This document shows, piece after piece, positions 36,836 through 45,567 of a DNA stretch of 64,000 nt. The position numbers and the translations under genes are program-made. Source of the stretch: an uncultured Eubacteriales bacterium (GTDB taxonomy: Bacteria > Acidobacteriota > Aminicenantia > Aminicenantales > Saccharicenantaceae); assembly GCA_964574895.1 (NCBI GenBank), contig CAZNPB010000001.1:82665-146664 (forward strand), given 5' to 3'. Under the pieces are notes generated by a model. It was given only the letters and a program-made list of their open reading frames with translations. It was not told where the DNA came from and did no database searches. Numbering within the stretch: the first letter of the stretch is position 1; each line of letters opens with the position of its first letter.

Positions 36836-37840
36836 TCAGCCGGCCACGATCAGGACGGCGGCGGCGTCCAGGCGCCCGGAGCGGAGGTCGTCCAGGGCCT
36901 CGTTGGCCGCCTCGAGAGGATAGGTCCTGACGGTCGTCTGGACCGGGATCTCGGCCGCGACCGCCAAAAGCTCCTCGCCGTCCCGGCGGGTGGCGTTGGC
37001 GACGCTCGACATCCGGCGCTCGTGATAAAGAAGGCGGTCGTAATCCAGCTCGGGAACGGGCGACATGTGAATGCCGGCCGAGACGACCGTCCCGCCCCGG
37101 TCCATGACCCGCAGGGCGTCGAGATAGAGGCGTCCGGCCGGGGCGAAGATGACGGCGTTGGTCAGCCGGGCCGGCGGTTCGTCCCCGGCCGTGCCGACCC
37201 AGTCCGCGCCCAGCTCCCGGGCCAGCGCCTGGTGGCGCGCGCTCCGGGTGAAGACGAAGGCGCGGGCGCCTTGATGCCGGGCGATCTGGAGGGCGATGTG
37301 GGCCGAGCCGCCGAAGCCGTAGAGGCCCAGGACGCCGCCCGGCTCGATGCCGCTCAAGCGCAGGGCCCGGTAGCCGACGATGCCGGCGCACAGGAGCGGC
37401 GCCGCTTCGGCGTCCCCGAAGCGGTCCGGCACGGCGTAGGCGTATCGTTCGCCGACGGCCATGTATTCGGCGTAGCCGCCGTCGGCGTGGTAGCCGTTGA
37501 AGCGGGCCGACTCGCAGAGGTTCTCGCGGCCTGTGGCGCAGAACCGGCAGGTCCCGTCCGTCGAGCGCAGCCAGGCCGCGCCGACGCGCTGCCCGATCGC
37601 GAACCGGCCTGCCCTCTCCCCTTTCCGCTCGACCCGGCCGACGACCTCGTGGCCCGGGATGAGCGGCGGGCGGGCGTCCGGAAGCTCGCGCTCGACCAGG
37701 TGCAGGTCGGTGTGGCAGACGCCGCAGCAAAGGACCTTGATGAGGATGTCGTCCGGCCCGATGCCGGGGACCGGAACGTCCCGCATCTCGAGCGGCCGCT
37801 CGGCCGGCGGCCGGAAGCCCGCCAGGACCATGGCCTTCAT
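36836..37840 (-). CDS. zinc-dependent alcohol dehydrogenase (MDR superfamily)
   Basis: GVCHTDLH and GHEVVGRV zinc motifs, a structural-zinc Cys cluster (C..C..G..NLC) and GLYGFGGSAH Rossmann motif. The ATG at 37840 overlaps the upstream stop by ATGA. The 555-aa track ORF is an over-extension. Confidence 0.85.
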   Translation of the reverse strand: MKAMVLAGFRPPAERPLEMRDVPVPGIGPDDILIKVLCCGVCHTDLHLVERELPDARPPLIPGHEVVGRVERKGERAGRFAIGQRVGAAWLRSTDGTCRFCATGRENLCESARFNGYHADGGYAEYMAVGERYAYAVPDRFGDAEAAPLLCAGIVGYRALRLSGIEPGGVLGLYGFGGSAHIALQIARHQGARAFVFTRSARHQALARELGADWVGTAGDEPPARLTNAVIFAPAGRLYLDALRVMDRGGTVVSAGIHMSPVPELDYDRLLYHERRMSSVANATRRDGEELLAVAAEIPVQTTVRTYPLEAANEALDDLRSGRLDAAAVLIVAG

Positions 37841-39186
37841 GGCCGCGCCGGACCCTTCCCCTTGGCCATTTTGCCCCGGAGGCGGGTGATGCGCTTCTCG
37901 AAGTCCTTCTCCGCTCCGAGGGAGCGGCCCTTGGCCACAGCCAGCCCTTCGGTGGCGACCCGGATGGCCTCGCCGAAGTCCTTGGCCGTGTGCTCGAAAT
38001 ACATCGACAGCTCCCGGAAGCAGTCGCAGTCGACCGCCTCCCCGGCCGCCATCTCCTGCCAGAACGGCAGGGCCTTGTCCCAGTCCTTGGCCTTCTTGAA
38101 GTGATGGGACAGCTTCTTGCGGGCGACGTGCGACGCTTCGGCCGTCAGGCCGCCGCTCCCCGACAGGGCCTGCTGGAGCAGCGCGGCCGAGGTCGCCGTG
38201 TCCCCCGACCGCTCGAACAGGTTGGCCACCCCGTAGAGGTCCATGGGATCGCCCGGGCCCGACTTCGCGGCCTCGCGATGGCGCTCGACCAGGATGGCCC
38301 CGGCCACGACGACGCCCAGGAGCGACAGCAGGTCCTCCTGGTTGTGGTAAATGATCGGATCGATGAGCGAGAAATCGCCGTTGCGGATGTATTGGAAATA
38401 GCGGAGCGGGATCTGCTCGCCCGGAATGTCCTCGGACCGCTCGGCCTGGACGACCTGCTGGGCCAGGTGGAACAGCCGGCAGCTGTCGTGCTTGTGCTTC
38501 CACAGGCTCCGGGCCGAGAACAGGAAGTCGAGGTGCGGCAGGCCCCGCAGGGGGCAGGGCGTGCGGTGCAGGGCGAAGCGGGTCTCGACCAGAGGCACGT
38601 CATAGGCCTTGCCGTTGTAGGTGACGAGGGACTTGAAGCCCATCTCCCGGACGAACCGGTCCAGCTCGCGGATCATCCGGTCCTCCTCGGCCATCTCGTG
38701 GAGGAAGAACTGGGTGACCTTGAACCGGTCGTCGTGGTAGTAGGCCAGCCCGACCAGGAACGGCAGCGTGCCGGTCCCCCCGGCCAGGCCGGTCGTCTCG
38801 AGATCGAGGAACAGGGCCGTCGAGAGGTCGAGGCCTTCGAACGCGGCGTCGCGGCTCAAGAAGCCGACGACATCGGCCGGGATCTGCAGCCCCATGGAGA
38901 TGGGGATCTGCCCGTAGCGGGACCCGAGGGCGAAGGCGTTCTCGAAGACCTGGACGGGCTCGCGCCGCTTGGCCTCGACCGGGCGCTCCCTGGCCCCGGC
39001 GGCCGGACCGCGGCCCTTGTCGGTCAACGCGATCAGGCGCTCGAGCCTCTGCTTGACCGTCAAGCCGGCGTCCTGGCCGATCTTTTCCCAGGCCGACTCG
39101 ACCGTCGTGCCGGCCGGGGACGCCTGGGACCGCGAGCGGGCCTCGCGCTCGCGGCGCAGCTGCTTCAACTTGTCTTCGAGTGCCAT
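37837..39186 (-). CDS. RNase H-like (YprB/PF13482-type) exonuclease-fold protein with C-terminal TPR-like region
   Basis: FLDLETTGL (DxE exonuclease motif), YNGKAYDVP, and a helical repeat tail. I prefer the ATG at 39186 (MALEDKLKQ). Confidence 0.65.
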   Translation of the reverse strand: MALEDKLKQLRREREARSRSQASPAGTTVESAWEKIGQDAGLTVKQRLERLIALTDKGRGPAAGARERPVEAKRREPVQVFENAFALGSRYGQIPISMGLQIPADVVGFLSRDAAFEGLDLSTALFLDLETTGLAGGTGTLPFLVGLAYYHDDRFKVTQFFLHEMAEEDRMIRELDRFVREMGFKSLVTYNGKAYDVPLVETRFALHRTPCPLRGLPHLDFLFSARSLWKHKHDSCRLFHLAQQVVQAERSEDIPGEQIPLRYFQYIRNGDFSLIDPIIYHNQEDLLSLLGVVVAGAILVERHREAAKSGPGDPMDLYGVANLFERSGDTATSAALLQQALSGSGGLTAEASHVARKKLSHHFKKAKDWDKALPFWQEMAAGEAVDCDCFRELSMYFEHTAKDFGEAIRVATEGLAVAKGRSLGAEKDFEKRITRLRGKMAKGKGPARP

Positions 39187-39343
39187 GGAACCTCTGGGAG
39201 CGTGTCGTCGATGTCCGCAGGACATTGTAGAAGAAACGGCCCGGTTTTCAAAGGGCCCGGGGAACGAAACCCGGCGGGCCCGTCCTCGGTTTTTCCTTGA
39301 AATGGCGGGGCGTTGCGAATATATAAGGGGTCCGGGTTAATCC

Positions 39344-40843
39344 ATGCCGCCCACGAACGACGCCGCCCACTTCCTGGCCTTCGACCTCGGCGCGGAGAGC
39401 GGCCGGGCCGTGCTCGGCGCCCTGGCCGGCGGCCGCCTGGCGGTCCACGAGGTCCGGCGCTTCCCCAACACGCCCCTGCCCCTGGCCGGGCACATCCACT
39501 GGAACGTTTACGCCCTGTTCGACGAGATGAAGGCGGCCATGCGCGACGCCGCCGCGGCCATCGGGCGCCGGCCGACCAGCCTGGGCGTCGACACCTGGGG
39601 CGTCGATTTCGGCTTGTTGGCCCGGGACGGCAGCCTCCTCGGCCTGCCGTTCTGCTACCGCGACCACCGCAACGCCGGAGCCATGGAGGAGTATTTCAAG
39701 ATCGTGCCCCGGCCGGCGCTCTACGAAGCGACGGGCATCCAGTTCATGCCCTTCAACTCTCTCTTTCAGATCTACGCCCTGGTCCGGGAGCGTTCGCCGT
39801 TGCTCGACGCCGCGTCGGACCTGTTGTTCATGCCCGATCTGTTCAACTTCCTTCTGACCGGCCGGAAGGCGGCCGAGGCCACCATCGCCTCGACCTCCCA
39901 GTGTCTCGATCCCCGGACGAAGGGCTGGATCCCCGGCCTGTTCCAGGCCATGGGCCTGTCGAAGAGGATCCTCCAGGACCTCGTCGAGCCGGCCACCGTC
40001 CTCGGCGAATTGACGGAGACCCTGGCCGCGGCCACCGGCCTGCGGCACGTGCCGGTCGTGGCCACGGCCGGCCATGACACGGCGGCCGCCGTGGCCGCCG
40101 TGCCGGCCGAAGGCGGGGCCTGGGCCTACATCTCGTCGGGGACCTGGTCGCTCGTCGGCGTCGAGCGGCGGGAGCCATTGATCACCGAGGCGTCGCGGGA
40201 GGCCAACTTCACCAACGAGATCGGCTTGGGCGGGACCATCCGCTTCCTCAAGAACGTCTCCGGTCTCTGGCTCGTCCAGGGCTGCCGCCAGGCCTGGTCG
40301 GCCGAAGCCCCGGCGACGTATGACGACCTGACCCGGGCGGCCATGGACGCCCCGCCGTTCGCCGCCCTGATCGACCCCGACGATCCGTCGTTCCTCAATC
40401 CGCCCGACATGCCGGCGGCCATCACGGCCTTCTGCCGCCGGACGAAGCAGTCTCCGCCCGCGACGAAGGGGGCCATCGTCCGGTCGCTGCTCGAGAGCCT
40501 GGCCCTGAAGTACCGCTTCGTCATCGAGCAGCTCGGGGCGGTCCTGGGCCGCCCGGTCGAGACGATCCACGTCATCGGCGGCGGCTCGCGCAACGCCCTG
40601 CTCTGCCAGCTGACGGCCGACGCGACGGGCCGGCCGGTCGTGGCCGGGCCGGCCGAGGCCACGGCCATCGGCAACATCCTGGTCCAGGCCCTGGCCATGG
40701 GCCGCGTCGGATCGCCGGCCGAGATCAGGACCGTCGTCCGCGAATCGTTCCAGCCCCGGACCTTCGCGCCGGCCGCCCGGACCGGGGACTGGGACCGGGC
40801 CGCGGCCCGGTTCCGGGACGCCCTGGAGCTTGACAGCCCCTGA
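39344..40843 (+). CDS. rhaB: rhamnulokinase
   Basis: Colinear with E. coli RhaB: DLGAESGR, DTWGVDFGLL, YRDHRN, GIQFMPFNSL, SSGTWSL and IGGGSRNALLCQLTADATGRPVVAGPAEATAIGN. Confidence 0.9.
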   Translation: MPPTNDAAHFLAFDLGAESGRAVLGALAGGRLAVHEVRRFPNTPLPLAGHIHWNVYALFDEMKAAMRDAAAAIGRRPTSLGVDTWGVDFGLLARDGSLLGLPFCYRDHRNAGAMEEYFKIVPRPALYEATGIQFMPFNSLFQIYALVRERSPLLDAASDLLFMPDLFNFLLTGRKAAEATIASTSQCLDPRTKGWIPGLFQAMGLSKRILQDLVEPATVLGELTETLAAATGLRHVPVVATAGHDTAAAVAAVPAEGGAWAYISSGTWSLVGVERREPLITEASREANFTNEIGLGGTIRFLKNVSGLWLVQGCRQAWSAEAPATYDDLTRAAMDAPPFAALIDPDDPSFLNPPDMPAAITAFCRRTKQSPPATKGAIVRSLLESLALKYRFVIEQLGAVLGRPVETIHVIGGGSRNALLCQLTADATGRPVVAGPAEATAIGNILVQALAMGRVGSPAEIRTVVRESFQPRTFAPAARTGDWDRAAARFRDALELDSP

Positions 40844-40886
40844 CGGGCGGCATATAACCATGGCGTTCCTTCGAGGAGGGGTGAGG

Positions 40887-42152
40887 ATGGATCCGAGCGC
40901 GATAGAAAAGAACTATCTTCTGGCCCGCGAGCGCTATGCCGAGCGCGGCGTCGATACCGAGAAGGCGCTGGCCCGCCTCCAGATCCTCCCTCTGTCCCTG
41001 CATTGCTGGCAGGGCGACGACGTCGGCGGCTTCGAAAAGCAGGCCGGCGGCCTGGACGGCAGCGGCCTCCAGGTCACGGGAGGGGCTCCCGGCAAGGCCC
41101 GGACCGTGGACGAGCTGCGGGCCGACCTGGAGCAGGCCTTCGCCCTCATCCCCGGCCGCCACCGGGTCAACCTCCACGCCATGTACGGCGAATTCGGCGA
41201 CCGGCCCGTCGACCGCGACGCCATCGAGCCCGAGCACTTCCGCGGCTGGACCGAGTGGGCCAAGCGCCGGGGCCTGAAGCTCGATTTCAACGCCACCTGT
41301 TTCGCCCACCCCAGAGCGGCCTCGGGCCTCACCTTGAGCTGCCGCGAGAACGGCATCCGCAAGTTCTGGGTCGATCACGTCAAATGCTGCCGCCGGATCG
41401 CCGCCTCGATCGGCCGGGAGCAGCAGGCCTCCTGCCTCCACAACCTCTGGATCCCCGACGGCTCCAAGGACGTTCCCACGGACCGCTGGGGGGCCCGGGC
41501 CGCCCTGCTCAAGTCCCTCGACGAGATCTACGAAATCGAATACAGCCCTCAGCAGATGAAGGACGCGGTCGAGAGCAAGCTGTTCGGCATCGGCAGCGAG
41601 TCGTTCGTCGTCGGTTCGCACGAGTTCTACCTCGGCTACGCCCTGACCCACGGCAAGATCGTCTGCCTCGACCTCGGCCATTTCCATCCCACCGAGTCGG
41701 TGGCCGACAAGATTTCGGCCCTCCTGCCGTTCACCGGCGAGATCCTGCTCCACGTCAGCCGCGGCGTCCGTTGGGACAGCGACCACGTCGTCCTGCTCAA
41801 CGACGAGGTCCGGGAGCTCTGCGCCGAGGTTGTCCGCAGCCAGGCCCTCGACCGCATCCATCTGGCCCTCGATTATTTCGACGCCAGCTTCAACCGCGTC
41901 GGGGCCTGGGTGCTCGGGGCCCGGTCGGTGCTGAAGGGCCTCCTGCTGGCCCTGCTCGAGCCGGCCGACAAGGCCCGGGAGCTGGACCGGCCGTCCAAGG
42001 CCCTGCAGCGCCTGGCCTTCCTCGAGGACCTGAAGGCCCTGCCCTTCGGCCCCGTCTGGGACGCCTACTGCCTGCGCCACGGCGTCCCGCCGGGCGAGGA
42101 CTGGCTGCGCGAGGTCGAGGCCTACGAGCGCCGGGTTTTGAGCCGGCGCTGA
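40887..42152 (+). CDS. rhaA: L-rhamnose isomerase
   Basis: Colinear with E. coli RhaA: LHCWQGDDVGGFE, GKARTVDELRADLEQA, VESKLFGIGSESF, GHFHPTE and LLHVSRGVRWDSDHVVLLNDE. The ATG at 40887 is preceded by GAGGAGG. Confidence 0.92.
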   Translation: MDPSAIEKNYLLARERYAERGVDTEKALARLQILPLSLHCWQGDDVGGFEKQAGGLDGSGLQVTGGAPGKARTVDELRADLEQAFALIPGRHRVNLHAMYGEFGDRPVDRDAIEPEHFRGWTEWAKRRGLKLDFNATCFAHPRAASGLTLSCRENGIRKFWVDHVKCCRRIAASIGREQQASCLHNLWIPDGSKDVPTDRWGARAALLKSLDEIYEIEYSPQQMKDAVESKLFGIGSESFVVGSHEFYLGYALTHGKIVCLDLGHFHPTESVADKISALLPFTGEILLHVSRGVRWDSDHVVLLNDEVRELCAEVVRSQALDRIHLALDYFDASFNRVGAWVLGARSVLKGLLLALLEPADKARELDRPSKALQRLAFLEDLKALPFGPVWDAYCLRHGVPPGEDWLREVEAYERRVLSRR

Positions 42153-42212
42153 CGCCCGTCCGCCGCGCCGCAACGGCGGCCCGCCCAAGAACCATTTGAC
42201 GCCCGGGCCGAA

Positions 42213-44069
42213 TTGAATAAACTGAGGGCGATGATCCCTGCTCCGACCGACATGTCCGACGCCGCCCGGCTCGAGAAGGCCAAGGACCTCCTCCACAGCC
42301 TGGCCAACACCGTCTCGGCCATGAAGATCTTCCCCAACGAGCACGCCACGGTCGTCCATTTCGTCGACCAGCTGACCCGGAGGTTCACGGATTTCCTGGA
42401 TGTCCATCAGAAGCTCCAGATCGGGATCGAGGAATACACCTTCACCTATGACGGCAAGGCCGTTTACACCGACGAGGTGGCCGTCAAGAGCCTGCCTTTC
42501 TTTTTCTTCAAGGACGGCCTGCAGATCCTCTTTTTTTATCAGGGCCTGGACCGGTCCGAGATCCTGGAGCTCCTCGAGCTGATCAAAACCGAGGCCCAGA
42601 AGCCGGCCGAGGACGCCGACATCGTCGTGGCCCTGTGGGAGCGCGACTTCCCCAACATCCAGTATTACGCGCCGGACGAATTCCTGGAGAACCGCATCCT
42701 GGGCGAGACGCGCGAAGCGCGGGCCATGCGGAACGCGCCCGACCTGCCCGATGACCTGGCCTCGGAAACGATCGAGATCCGGGTGGACACCTCCAAGTTC
42801 AGCCAGGGCCGCATCGAGCTCGGCCCGGAGGACCGGGAAGCGGTCGCCGAAGCCGCGGCCCGTCCGGCCGAGGACGACCCTGACCTGGCCCCGGGGCCCG
42901 CGGAGGCCGGGGCGCCGCCGCCGGCCGCGCCCGAGGAGAAAGGCCTGATCAGCCCGGCCGCGGCCATGGACCCGACCCTGACCGAGGACGAGCTGCTGTC
43001 GCTCGAGTCCATGGTCCGGGCCAACCGGACCATCTCGCCCCAGGAAGAGTATGTCAACCTGATGGTCGAGATCGTCTACCTGGAAGCGGATCCGGCCAAC
43101 GGCCAGGCCACTCTGGACACCCTCCTGGAGTACCATTTCGACCAGATCCAACACGGCCGCTTCGACGTCGCCGTGCTGATCATCCAGAAGATCCACGAGC
43201 TGCGCCGCCATCTGGACGGCCAGCCCGAAAAGGCCGCGCTGCTCGACGGGTTCCTCGTCCGCACGGTCAGCCCCCAGACGGTCGAGGCCGTCAAAGCCCT
43301 GCTGGCCCAGAAGAAGGCTCCGGACTGGGAATCGCTCCTCGGCTTCTTCGGCCTGCTCGGCCCGCCCGGCCTGGGCTTGGCGGCCGACCTCTATGAAGTG
43401 GCTCCCGACGGCCAGGCCCGCGCCAGGATCGTCGAGTTCATGGGCGGGACCGGCGCCGCCCAGCCGGCCCTTCTGGCCGGTCTGGCCGAGCGCGCCCGGC
43501 CCGGCCTGGCCCGGGAGATCGTCGGCCTGCTGGCCCGCGTGCCGGGAGGGCGGGGCATCCCCCACCTGGCCGCTTTCCTGAACTTCCCCAATAACGAGAT
43601 CAAGTCCGCCGCCATCCGGGCCCTGAGCCGTTCCGGGGGCGCGACGGCCCATCACATCCTGGCCGGCTTCCTCAACGATCCCGACGAGGAGATCAGGATC
43701 CAGGCCATCATGACCCTCGATCCGGCCCAGGGCGGCGGCCGGGTCCGTCAGATCCTGCAGGAAGCCACGGCCAGGGAGTTCCGCTCGAAAAGCCTGAAGG
43801 AAAAAGAGGCCCTGCTGGCCTTCCTCGGCCGGACGAGGTCGGCCGAGGCGCTCGGCTTCCTCCGGGGCGCCCTTCTCCGCGCGCCGCTGTTCCCGTCGAA
43901 GGGGACCTTGGAGACGCGCCTGGCCGCGGTGGCCGGGCTCGAAAGCATGGTCACGCCGGAAGCCCTCGCGGCCCTGCAGAAGGGCGCCATCGGGCGGACC
44001 CGGAAGGTCCGGGAGGCTTGCGCCGCGGCCCTTCTGCGCCTGCCGTCGACCGGGGAGCCGGGGACCTAG
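42213..44069 (+). CDS. HEAT-repeat protein, unknown function
   Basis: The C-terminal third contains HEAT/PBS-lyase-type repeats (..IKSAAIRALSRSGG.., DPDEEIRIQAIMTL, ..RLAAVAGLE..). The start is ambiguous (TTG 42213 or ATG 42231). Confidence 0.6.
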   Translation: MNKLRAMIPAPTDMSDAARLEKAKDLLHSLANTVSAMKIFPNEHATVVHFVDQLTRRFTDFLDVHQKLQIGIEEYTFTYDGKAVYTDEVAVKSLPFFFFKDGLQILFFYQGLDRSEILELLELIKTEAQKPAEDADIVVALWERDFPNIQYYAPDEFLENRILGETREARAMRNAPDLPDDLASETIEIRVDTSKFSQGRIELGPEDREAVAEAAARPAEDDPDLAPGPAEAGAPPPAAPEEKGLISPAAAMDPTLTEDELLSLESMVRANRTISPQEEYVNLMVEIVYLEADPANGQATLDTLLEYHFDQIQHGRFDVAVLIIQKIHELRRHLDGQPEKAALLDGFLVRTVSPQTVEAVKALLAQKKAPDWESLLGFFGLLGPPGLGLAADLYEVAPDGQARARIVEFMGGTGAAQPALLAGLAERARPGLAREIVGLLARVPGGRGIPHLAAFLNFPNNEIKSAAIRALSRSGGATAHHILAGFLNDPDEEIRIQAIMTLDPAQGGGRVRQILQEATAREFRSKSLKEKEALLAFLGRTRSAEALGFLRGALLRAPLFPSKGTLETRLAAVAGLESMVTPEALAALQKGAIGRTRKVREACAAALLRLPSTGEPGT

Positions 44070-44078
44070 GATCCGGAC

Positions 44079-45560
44079 ATGAACGATAAGGCCCTCCTCC
44101 GCGCCGCCGGGGGCGCGGCCAAGCTCCGGCAGAGGGCCGGGGTCGAGCTGCTGACCCGCTTCCACGTCGTCGACAAGATCGCCAAGATCTACGATACCCG
44201 GAACAAGGCCTTCCAGGTCCAGGGCCGGCTCCTGTTCGAGACGCTGACCGCCCTCCTCGAAACCGGGGGCGAGGCCTCCCTCCGCCTCCGCCACGGCGTC
44301 CTCCTCCTCGACGGCGTCCGGCTCAAGTTCGGCGTCGGGACCTACGGCATGTTCAAGTCGGTCATCGAGGAGTTCCGGGCCCGGAGCGTCGAAGCCGTCA
44401 CCTTCCTGTCCGGTCTGACGCTCGACGAGCTCTACGCCTTCATGTCCGTCTTCGCCAAGCGCGACAAGGCCGAGGGGGACGTCTTCGCCCGCCTCCAGGC
44501 CGACCTCTCGGCGGCCGGCATCGACCACGTCGAGCTCGAGAAGTCCGCGGGCGAGGAAGCGCCCCAGGGCCTGCACCAGAGCTCGACCCGGCTGTTCTTC
44601 CTGAGCATCATCCATCTCAAGGAGTCGTTCGCCCGCGACCAGCGCAACGAGCCGATCAAGATCAGCACGACCCGGCGCCTGATGCAGTCCATCTACAACC
44701 ACATCGTCGAGGACGAGGGCTTTGTCTACGGCCTGACCAACATCAAGAACCACGACGAGTACACGCTCAATCACTCCGTCAACGTCTGCCTGCTGGCCAC
44801 GGCCCTGGGCCGGCGGCTGGGCTTGAGCCGGGCCGAGCTCGTGGACCTGGGCATGGCCGCTTTCTTCCACGACCTGGGCAAGACCGAGACGCCGCTCGAG
44901 ATCCTGAACAAGCCGGGCCGGCTGACGGACGAAGAACGCGGCATCATGGAGCAGCACCCCTTCCACGGCGCCCAGAAGCTGGCCCTGCTCAAGGAGTTCC
45001 GCCGCCTGCCCCTGCGGGCCATCCACGTCGCCATGGAGCACCACATCAAGGAGGACCTGTCCGGCTATCCCCACTACTTCAAGAAGGACGACGTCAACCT
45101 GTTCAGCAAGATCGTCAAGGTCGTCGACGTCTTCGACGCCATCACGACCCGCCGGATCTACCGGGCCAAGGACTTCACCCGGGCCGAGGCCTTGAGCCTG
45201 ATGCTCGAGCAGAGCGGCACCGAGTTCAATCCCGTCATCCTCAAGGCCTTCGTCAACATGATGGGCGTCTTCCCCATCGGCACGCTGGTGGCCCTGTCGA
45301 CCGGCGAGCTGGCCATCGTCCAGGACCTCAATCCCGACCCCAAGCTCGTCCTGCGGCCGGCCGCCAAGCTCATCACCGACCCGGACGGCAACAGGATCGA
45401 CGGCCCGGTCGTCGATCTGGCCGAGCGCGACCCGGCCAGCGGACGCTTCCGCCGGACTATCGCCACGCCGCTCGATCCGTCCAAGTACGGCATCGAAGTC
45501 TCCGACTACTTCCTGGCCCAGGCCGCCGCCGCCCCGCCGCCGCCGCCCGCCGCCGCGTGA
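44079..45560 (+). CDS. HD-GYP domain protein (putative c-di-GMP phosphodiesterase)
   Basis: HSVNV...FFHDLGK (HD motif) and HHIKEDLSGYPH (HHExxDGxGYP-like). Confidence 0.8.
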   Translation: MNDKALLRAAGGAAKLRQRAGVELLTRFHVVDKIAKIYDTRNKAFQVQGRLLFETLTALLETGGEASLRLRHGVLLLDGVRLKFGVGTYGMFKSVIEEFRARSVEAVTFLSGLTLDELYAFMSVFAKRDKAEGDVFARLQADLSAAGIDHVELEKSAGEEAPQGLHQSSTRLFFLSIIHLKESFARDQRNEPIKISTTRRLMQSIYNHIVEDEGFVYGLTNIKNHDEYTLNHSVNVCLLATALGRRLGLSRAELVDLGMAAFFHDLGKTETPLEILNKPGRLTDEERGIMEQHPFHGAQKLALLKEFRRLPLRAIHVAMEHHIKEDLSGYPHYFKKDDVNLFSKIVKVVDVFDAITTRRIYRAKDFTRAEALSLMLEQSGTEFNPVILKAFVNMMGVFPIGTLVALSTGELAIVQDLNPDPKLVLRPAAKLITDPDGNRIDGPVVDLAERDPASGRFRRTIATPLDPSKYGIEVSDYFLAQAAAAPPPPPAAA

Positions 45561-45567
45561 GGCCTCT

